DNA from: Elusimicrobiota bacterium
GTDB taxonomy: Bacteria; Elusimicrobiota; Elusimicrobia; Elusimicrobiales; UBA9959
Length of the DNA stretch: 23,165 bases
Reading direction: 5' to 3'
Assembly: GCA_027340875.1 (NCBI GenBank)
Contig: DAIENX010000052.1
Location: 1-23,165 of the forward strand
Of the stretch, positions 16,966-23,165 are shown piece by piece (the first letter of the stretch is position 1; every line of letters begins with the position of its first letter). The translations under genes and the position numbers were made by a program. The notes below the pieces were generated by a model. The model was not told the origin of the DNA and ran no database searches. It saw only the letters and a list, made by a program, of their open reading frames with translations.

Positions 16966-18182
16966 TTTACACCCCCGTACTGGCAGTCCTGCCTGTCCTT
17001 GTTGAGCATCTCCTTGAGCTGCTCCCAGGTCACCTGCCCGGCCTGCGGAGGCGGCGCTGTGGTCTCCGCGCTCTGGCCGGCCAGCAGCCCGTCCAGCTTC
17101 CTGCGGTTAGCCAGGATCACGGCGTCCCTGTCCTTCAGGAACTGCGAAGAAGCGCCACGTCTGAGCACTTCGAGCGTCGCTTTCCCTTTCTCAGTGGATA
17201 AATACGATATCCGCTGCTCGAGCGCCTTCTTGATGTCGGCATACATCTTTTCCGAATTGGGCAGCGCCTTGCTGGAGTTGGCGATGCTGTCGCGGATGTT
17301 CCTGAACGAAGCCTCGTCCATCTTGTGAGCGTTGACGAAGTGGTCGACTATCCTGGTCCAGTTCTTCAGGTTCTGCTGCCGCTTAGGGATATTGGCCTGC
17401 AGTTCGCTGACCTTGTCCAACCTTTCCTGGTACACCGGCAGCGGGTCCTGCATCTCATCTGTGGTGAGCTGCAGGGCGTAATACGGATGGCCCATCGTCA
17501 GGTCCTGCATGGACCGGTCGGGGTTGGCCGCATAGTCCCAGATCTCAGCCTCCGGCGGCACTCCCAACTCGGTCCTGACCAGCCAGCCTATCATCCTGGC
17601 GTTCTCCTCCTCGGTAATGGCGCAGGTGTTCACCAAGGCATCGGCCCCGCTCAGGGTACTGGCCGAAACGGCGTGCCCGAAAGTCTCGTGCGCGAAAGTC
17701 CCCACTCCGACATCCGTGTCATAGTCGAGGAACTCCTTGTTGATCTGCACTCCGGGCGGGACTTCCCTGATATGCGTCACGCCCCTCGGACCCCAGACCT
17801 CCTTCCTCCCGTTCACGGTAGCTATAGTGGTGCCCGTCATGTCCGCGAAAGAAAAGGTTATCTCGCGGCCGTCCTCCACGAACTTCCGAGCCTCCTGCCT
17901 GGCAGTAGGACTGTTCATCAGGCGGGTAAGCATGCGCTCGTAGCCCTCACGCTCCCTGCTACTGCCGTGGTCATCGAAAACGATGTGCTTCTTGAGCTCG
18001 GCCTTCAGCGCCTCGGGGGACATCTCCGAGGGCGAGGTCCCGGACTGGAGGGCTTTGTAATGCCCGGCGCCGTCGAAGAACCCCGAGCCCTGCTGCAGTT
18101 CCTCGCCTACGGCATTCGGCGCAGGGAGATAGGCAGCGCCCAGGAGGCCCAAAAGCAGCGTTAACGCGTATCGGCATCTCAT
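16962..18182 (-). CDS. Secreted hypothetical protein with HExxxH zinc-metallopeptidase-like motif
   Basis: Signal-like MRCRYALTLLLGLLGAAYLPA. FAHETFGH followed by TEEENAR...VRTELG, then a helical C-terminal half. Start chosen at ATG 18182 (ORF extends to 18227). Confidence 0.75.
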   Translation of the reverse strand: MRCRYALTLLLGLLGAAYLPAPNAVGEELQQGSGFFDGAGHYKALQSGTSPSEMSPEALKAELKKHIVFDDHGSSREREGYERMLTRLMNSPTARQEARKFVEDGREITFSFADMTGTTIATVNGRKEVWGPRGVTHIREVPPGVQINKEFLDYDTDVGVGTFAHETFGHAVSASTLSGADALVNTCAITEEENARMIGWLVRTELGVPPEAEIWDYAANPDRSMQDLTMGHPYYALQLTTDEMQDPLPVYQERLDKVSELQANIPKRQQNLKNWTRIVDHFVNAHKMDEASFRNIRDSIANSSKALPNSEKMYADIKKALEQRISYLSTEKGKATLEVLRRGASSQFLKDRDAVILANRRKLDGLLAGQSAETTAPPPQAGQVTWEQLKEMLNKDRQDCQYGGVK

Positions 18183-18307
18183 AGAGTTATGGCGGCTTCG
18201 AAGCACGCGATGAAGCACAGCTGACACTGACCGCGGCGATCACTGCCTGGAACATCTCGGCCCATCTGACGACAAGCGTCCCCGAGAGATCTCCGGCCGC
18301 GGCCGCC

Positions 18308-20743
18308 CTACATCAGCAGGGAGAGAGCGCTCCGGAGCTCCTCCGCGCTGCGGAAGCGGGCCTCCTGGTCGGGGGCCAGGCAGCGGGCTATCACGTCGTC
18401 GATGCCCTGCGGCAGCCCCGGCACGGCCTGTGAGAGCTTCTGGAAAACCATCCTCTCCTTCTGATGGTGGAAGTCCGGCCCCTGGAACGGGAGCACCCCG
18501 CTGAGCGCCTCGTACAGGCAGACCCCGAGCGAATAGATGTCCGACTGGGCCGAGGCCGCGCCGAGGTCCTGCTCCGGCGCCATGTAGGCCGGAGAGCCGA
18601 CCACCTCGCTGTGGGACAGGCGGGCTGCCGACTCCCTCGCCCTGAAGGCCAGACCGAAGTCCATGACCTTGGCCGCGCCTTCAGCGCTGAGCATGATATT
18701 GGAAAGCTTCAGGTCCCTGTGCACCACGTTCTTGGAATGGGCGTAGGCCAGCGCGTCGGCGGCTTCGGCGAACACCTTAAGCGCCTTGTCAGGGAGCAGG
18801 CGGCCTTCCTTCTCTATCAGCCGGTCCAGCGTCTCCCCGCCGACATGCTCGAAAACGAGGTAGATATCCTCGCCTTCCTCGAAGATGGTGTAGATCTCCA
18901 CTATGCCCGGATGGTGCAGCAGTGCGACGGTGCGCGCTTCCTCAAGGAAGCGCTGCTTCTCCCGGTCGTTCACCTTGATCTCGTCGCTCATCTTCTTGAT
19001 GGCGACCTTGCGGCCCAGCGACTGGTCCGTGGCCTCGTACACGACGCCCATAGCGCCGGCCCCGAGCTTGCGCTCTATCTTGTACTTGCCGGTGGCCACG
19101 CCCTCGTAGAACACGGAAGGAGAAAGAACGTCGGGATGGGTGCTGCGCGGCGCGCGCTCCTCCTCCGCCGCACTTCGGGAGGACATGATGTGCAGCAGGC
19201 CCGCGGCCACCAGGCCGCCGCCGGTAAGCGTGAAGAACATCAGCGTGAGGAAGCGCCGCAGCGGGCTGCCGCCGCCGGCCGGGGTAGTCCCGCCGCCGTC
19301 CTTCGCCGAGGCCATCCTGGCCGCCCCGGCTTCGGCCGCGAAGCCCGGCACGCGCGGGCCGTACTGGGCCACCGCGTCCTGATAGCGGCCGGAATAGGCC
19401 CCGCTGAGCGAGGCCGCCTGCTTGAAATCCTCCAGCATGCGCTTGTAGTCGCCCTGTTTTTCGTAGGCGAGGGCACGGTTGAACCAAGCGTCGGCGAAGC
19501 CGGGATTTATGCCTATGGCGCGGCTGGCGTCGCTCACGGCGTCCTTGGCCTGCCCTTTGCGGTTCAGCGCCCAGGCGCGCATGTTGTAGGCCTGCATGTT
19601 GGAGGGGTCCTTCTCGATGACGTAGCCGGCGTCGCGCACCGCGTCGTCGTAGCGGCCGAGGAAATTGCTTGCGTGGGCGCGCTCCAGGTAGGCCTCGTAG
19701 TTGCCCGGGTCCTTCTCTATGGCCAGCGTGGCGTAATGGGCTGCGCCCCGGTAATCGCCCAGGTGGTTCTTGGCCAGCGCTGTCTTAAGATAGGCCTTGG
19801 ACCTGGCGAAGTCCGGATCCGCCTGGGCCGATATCTCCCCAGCGCGTTCCCCGCCGCCGGAAGCGGCGGCCTGGCCGCCCGCCCCGATGAGCGCGGCGTC
19901 CTCCTCCGCGTCGCCCAGCGCGCGCCTGATCTCGCTCACCGAAGAGATGGTCTTCAGGCTGGCGGTGGACCTGCGGCTCTCAAGGAGCGCCCCGAGCACA
20001 CGGGCGGACTCGTCCTGCGGGTCTATGCTCATCGCCTTTTTTATATCCTCGATGGCGCCCTGACGGTCCTGCAGCGAGGCCTTGGCCAGGGCTCTGGCCT
20101 TGTAGGCGTCCGGGTCCTTATCGTTCAGCTGTATGGCCGCGGTGGCGTTCTCCTGCGCCTTCGAATAGTCCTTCTCCTCGTTGTAATAGTTGGCTGCGGC
20201 GGTCCTGACGGAAGGGTTCTGCGGGTAGGCCTGCACCGTGGCGTCCAGTATCTTCCCGGCCTTGTCCTTGTCGCCGGAGTCAGCCGCGATATGCACGTCC
20301 ACCAGCGCCTCCACAGCGTCACGCTTCTTGCCGCCGGAAGGGGGCCAACCCTGGAAACCGCGCTCCGTAGGCGGATGCAGGTCGAAGGGAGAGAGCTCCG
20401 TGACCGCCTGCAGGAACTCTTCGGTGGTTATACGATGCCCCACCACGGCCCTGTGAAGGGAGACCATCAACTCCGCTATCTTGCCGCAATGCTGCTGTCT
20501 GAAGCTGTCCAGGTCATCCTTGGTTTTTCCCTGGAGGAGGCGGGCCAGAGCGTCCGCGGATTCCAGCGGATGGTCCGCGGTGTTCAGCCGGAAGACGTCC
20601 ATGTCGCTATCGCCCAGCACCTCGCCAGAGCTGTAGGCACCGGACTGCAGGCTGCCGGGACCGGGCACGGTTTCGGCCGCAAGACCAGCCCGGGCGGAGT
20701 CCAGCAGGACAAAGCAAAAAAGAACAGAAAGCATCTTCCTCAT
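18308..20743 (-). CDS. Receptor-type Ser/Thr protein kinase: signal peptide, TPR ectodomain, TM helix, C-terminal kinase
   Basis: MRKMLSVLFCFVLL signal, multiple TPRs, TM FLTLMFFTLTGGGLVAAGLL. Hanks motifs LGAGAMGVVY, VAIKK, HRDLKLSN, DFG, GSPAYMAPE, SDIYSLG. Start set at 20743, downstream of a consensus promoter. Confidence 0.93.
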   Translation of the reverse strand: MRKMLSVLFCFVLLDSARAGLAAETVPGPGSLQSGAYSSGEVLGDSDMDVFRLNTADHPLESADALARLLQGKTKDDLDSFRQQHCGKIAELMVSLHRAVVGHRITTEEFLQAVTELSPFDLHPPTERGFQGWPPSGGKKRDAVEALVDVHIAADSGDKDKAGKILDATVQAYPQNPSVRTAAANYYNEEKDYSKAQENATAAIQLNDKDPDAYKARALAKASLQDRQGAIEDIKKAMSIDPQDESARVLGALLESRRSTASLKTISSVSEIRRALGDAEEDAALIGAGGQAAASGGGERAGEISAQADPDFARSKAYLKTALAKNHLGDYRGAAHYATLAIEKDPGNYEAYLERAHASNFLGRYDDAVRDAGYVIEKDPSNMQAYNMRAWALNRKGQAKDAVSDASRAIGINPGFADAWFNRALAYEKQGDYKRMLEDFKQAASLSGAYSGRYQDAVAQYGPRVPGFAAEAGAARMASAKDGGGTTPAGGGSPLRRFLTLMFFTLTGGGLVAAGLLHIMSSRSAAEEERAPRSTHPDVLSPSVFYEGVATGKYKIERKLGAGAMGVVYEATDQSLGRKVAIKKMSDEIKVNDREKQRFLEEARTVALLHHPGIVEIYTIFEEGEDIYLVFEHVGGETLDRLIEKEGRLLPDKALKVFAEAADALAYAHSKNVVHRDLKLSNIMLSAEGAAKVMDFGLAFRARESAARLSHSEVVGSPAYMAPEQDLGAASAQSDIYSLGVCLYEALSGVLPFQGPDFHHQKERMVFQKLSQAVPGLPQGIDDVIARCLAPDQEARFRSAEELRSALSLLM

Positions 20744-20776
20744 AAGAATAAGGATACACTTATCTGAAACATTAAT

Positions 20777-20805
20777 AGCATAAAGGCCAGGCTGACTTTT
20801 GTCAA
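20777..20805 (-). promoter_or_regulatory. sigma70 promoter of the kinase gene
   Basis: TTGACA (20805-20800) - 17 nt - TATGCT (20782-20777) on the minus strand. Confidence 0.75.
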
Positions 20806-20864
20806 GGGCCCACAGGCCCCGGACCCTGGGCCCATTTCCGGCCATAACCTGGGCCATTGGGCGC

Positions 20865-20893
20865 TTGCCTGCTCCCCCTCCTCGCGGTAGACT
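20865..20893 (+). promoter_or_regulatory. sigma70-like promoter, probably near-leaderless
   Basis: TTGCCT (20865-70) - 17 nt - TAGACT (20888-93), 8 nt before ATG 20902. No SD. Confidence 0.55.
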
Positions 20894-20901
20894 ATAGCCG
20901 C

Positions 20902-21666
20902 ATGACGCTATTCAGAACCGCCATCCACGCCCTGCTCGCGTTATCCTTCACCCTGCCGGCCTGCGCGGCCACGGCCACGGCCGAAGAGGTCGTACAGCGC
21001 AACATACTGCTCAGCGAGACCGTCACGCCGCTGACCCCGGCCGACGCCAGGGCCATAGCCGCCGCGCGCGGGGACAAGGCCATAGTTATCCCCGCGGCCC
21101 TCGTCATACTGGCCGGAGCCAAGGTCTGGAACGTCATAATGGACAACCGGCCGTCAGCCGACCTGGCCTCGGCCTACGCCAGCGCGATACCCGGCTTCGA
21201 CTTCAACTGGAACGAGCTTTCCTCCTGGAAGAAGGTGACCAGGAAATACCGCTTCACTATAGACCACTGGCTGCAGGGCCGCGCGGTGGACATAGTCTAC
21301 GAGATCTCCTTCTATTACGGCTCCATCTCCCTGCCCGGAAGCGGCAAGCTCCGCGGCCACTATCTGGCCAATTTCGTGATAAAACCCGAAGTCATAGACC
21401 TCAAGTGGGGCTGGAAAGTCGCGCTCACTGCGGCCATGTCCGACCCGATGAACATCGGTACCCCCGAGGAGCCGGTGGCCATGCTGAACGCGGACCTCAA
21501 ATGGCAGTACGCCAAGCCCCTCAGCACCAAGCCCAATATAGGCATGAACTCCGTCTCGGTCAACGGGCTGGGAGAGATGGCCGAGGAATCATACGGCGAC
21601 CTCGCCATAGCGCCGGTGCCTGCGGGCGAGCAGCGTGACTACGCCCCTGAAGTGAAGTGGGACTGA
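20902..21666 (+). CDS. Secreted hypothetical protein, paralogue A
   Basis: Signal peptide. Shares WNVI, YASAIPGFxFNW, WKK, GHYxxNF, KWGWK, MSDPMNI, PVA, VxGLG with the next gene. Confidence 0.85.
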   Translation: MTLFRTAIHALLALSFTLPACAATATAEEVVQRNILLSETVTPLTPADARAIAAARGDKAIVIPAALVILAGAKVWNVIMDNRPSADLASAYASAIPGFDFNWNELSSWKKVTRKYRFTIDHWLQGRAVDIVYEISFYYGSISLPGSGKLRGHYLANFVIKPEVIDLKWGWKVALTAAMSDPMNIGTPEEPVAMLNADLKWQYAKPLSTKPNIGMNSVSVNGLGEMAEESYGDLAIAPVPAGEQRDYAPEVKWD

Positions 21667-21755
21667 AGGCCCAGCCCGTCTTGGGCCCCGCGGCACTTGC
21701 CGCATTTTCCGGAGAAGTTAAACTATATACAAGACCTAAGTTCAGGAGACGAACC

Positions 21756-22556
21756 GTGAAAAACCTCTTCCTCGCAGCCGCCTTCTGCGTTTCCCTTTCT
21801 CCGCTGGCAGCCGCCGGCGCGGCCGACAATGATTATTTCAGGACAGGCCTCACGAGGCTCACCTCCGAAGTCACGGAAAGAGACCTTACGGAAGCGGACA
21901 CTGTCAACGTCCCGATGAAGCCCGATAACGAACGCGTTGGCCCCGCGGCGGCGATAGTCAACGGCGGCGTACAGGCGTGGAACGTGATCAACAGCGGCAA
22001 GCCGGACGCCAACCTCTCCAGCTCCTACGCCAGCGCTATCCCCGGCTTCAGCTTCAACTGGGCCAATTTCAGCGGCTGGAAGAAGAGGGAAGCGGTCTAC
22101 ACCTACACCGTGACCAACCTGATGCAGGTGGACGTCATTAAGATAAAGTTCGCGGTCTCCTACTACTACAACGGCCAGAACCTGGTGGTGCAGGGCAAGC
22201 CGGGCTCCGATCCCATCAGCAGCATGGCCCAGCGCGATGTCATCAAGGGCCACTACATCACCAACTTCACCGTCCGCCCGCTGTCGATGAACATCAAGTG
22301 GGGCTGGAAATTCTCGCTCAACGTCCGCATGTCAGACCCGATGAACATCGCTGCCCCAGGAGAGGACCCGGTGGCCTATCTGCAGTCCGATCTTAACTAC
22401 ATAGTCTCCACCCCTTTCTCCACCGACGGCGCGGTCTGGACCTACGGCGTTGACGGCCTCGGCGGTTTCAGGGACCTGACCGCGGAGAACCGCGAGCTGG
22501 CCAGGCAGATCCCGGAGATAACCCCGCTGGAGGCCAAAGAGATACAGTGGTATTGA
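21756..22556 (+). CDS. Secreted hypothetical protein, paralogue B
   Basis: GTG start with AGGAG RBS (21744-48), signal peptide MKNLFLAAAFCVSLSPLAAAGA, same motif series as paralogue A. Confidence 0.88.
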   Translation: MKNLFLAAAFCVSLSPLAAAGAADNDYFRTGLTRLTSEVTERDLTEADTVNVPMKPDNERVGPAAAIVNGGVQAWNVINSGKPDANLSSSYASAIPGFSFNWANFSGWKKREAVYTYTVTNLMQVDVIKIKFAVSYYYNGQNLVVQGKPGSDPISSMAQRDVIKGHYITNFTVRPLSMNIKWGWKFSLNVRMSDPMNIAAPGEDPVAYLQSDLNYIVSTPFSTDGAVWTYGVDGLGGFRDLTAENRELARQIPEITPLEAKEIQWY

Positions 22557-22572
22557 GCAGAGCAGTCTCCAG

Positions 22573-22612
22573 AAAAGAAGGACCCCGGCTTTTATGCCGG
22601 GGTCCTTCTTTT
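22573..22612. terminator. Bidirectional Rho-independent terminator
   Basis: Perfect 17-bp inverted repeat AAAAGAAGGACCCCGGC (22573-89) / GCCGGGGTCCTTCTTTT (22596-612). Confidence 0.92.
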
Positions 22613-22629
22613 ATCGCGGTCGCGGACTA

Positions 22630-22906
22630 CTTGCCCGGTCACGGATAAGCCGCATAGCGGCTTTCCTGGCCTATGGCCGTGCCGCATCTGCGCTATGCGC
22701 GTGCCGTATCAGACGCTATGCGTATCAGACGGCCAGGAGCTATGCTCTGGGCTATGCCCGTGTCGTATCAAGCGCTATGCGCATCAGACGACCATCAGGC
22801 GGCCGCGACCCCGGCAAGAAGGAACCGCTTCGCGGTTCGCGGCGCTCGTCGCTGTGCTCGCGCCTCCGGCCTTGCGGGCCGGCCGCACGGCATGATTATG
22901 CCGTGC
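22630..22906 (-). other. Highly structured non-coding element with nested triloop-hairpin modules, element 3 (candidate ncRNA or ssDNA element)
   Basis: Six NNNC-TAT-GNNN hairpins plus one inverted, three covarying 5-bp stems flanked by ATC/ATCAG, closing stem CTTGCC 22630-35/GGCAAG 22813-18, and further hairpins up to 22906. Confidence 0.75.
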
Positions 22907-22907
22907 T

Positions 22908-23165
22908 CTAACGCCGGCCCTCACCGCAGCACTTCTTGAACTTCTTGCCGGAACCGCAAGTGCAGGGGTCGTTCCTGCCCACTTTCGGTTCCTCGCGTCT
23001 GACGGTCTCCACCTTCACGGTCTCGCCGCCCTGCAGCACCTCGGGGTGCTTCTTCATCCACTTCTTCACTTCCCTGTCGTCGTTGATGTTCACGTTGTCC
23101 AGCAGCATCTTGCGGTAGATGCCGATGATCAGCGCGCGCATCTGCGGGTCCCTGGCCTGCGCCAG
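22908..23165 (-). CDS. SEC-C motif protein, 3' part (partial)
   Basis: Open frame to the window edge, ending [21 protein letters not shown]. The upstream sequence does not look like SecA. Confidence 0.88.
   Translation of the reverse strand: MAQARDPQMRALIIGIYRKMLLDNVNINDDREVKKWMKKHPEVLQGGETVKVETVRREEPKVGRNDPCTCGSGKKFKKCCGEGRR

Noticed and set aside
18464..20767. 767-aa plus-strand ORF
   Set aside because: Antisense in-register shadow of the kinase gene, caused by codon bias.
22668..22803. CTATG/ATCAG repeats as a CRISPR array or simple tandem repeat
   Set aside because: No constant 23-47 nt repeat with unique spacers and no cas genes. The repeats are short and nested, not periodic.
22703..22803. 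Minus-strand CUGAU motifs as hammerhead ribozyme cores
   Set aside because: The required CUGANGA and GAAA core segments are absent.
22594..22939. Three short plus-strand ORFs over element 3
   Set aside because: They start inside or after a strong terminator with no RBS, and the repetitive translation simply reflects the hairpin repeats.
22908..23165. Calling the SEC-C protein secA
   Set aside because: The SEC-C motif occurs on many proteins, and the visible upstream sequence does not resemble the SecA C-terminal region.

Overview
High-GC bacterial chromosomal window, mostly minus-strand genes. The gene content (secreted TPR-sensor Ser/Thr kinase, many signal-peptide proteins) is reminiscent of Elusimicrobiota, but that is inference only. 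Left part: a minus-strand run serC (Methanosarcina-type), short serA, DUF1015, histidine kinase, single-domain response regulator, transglutaminase-like protein, zinc-ribbon membrane protein and an LpqC-type esterase/YbhB (PEBP) fusion. It is divergent from a 983-aa receiver-like + PEP/pyruvate-binding (PPDK_N) protein. Middle: lipoprotein, flavin reductase family protein and tdh. Right: a cluster of exported proteins (alpha/beta peptidase, HExxxH metalloprotease-like protein with an overlapping partner, receptor-type TPR Ser/Thr kinase, two tandem secreted paralogues) and a partial SEC-C protein. No rRNA, tRNA, CRISPR or transposase was seen. The most unusual signal is non-coding. Three intergenic segments (6205-6400, 13418-13572, 22630-22906) each begin right after a stop codon and fold into long branched structures rich in tandem G.A motifs. 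The third is a recursively nested array of C-TAT-G triloop hairpin modules with compensatory stem changes.
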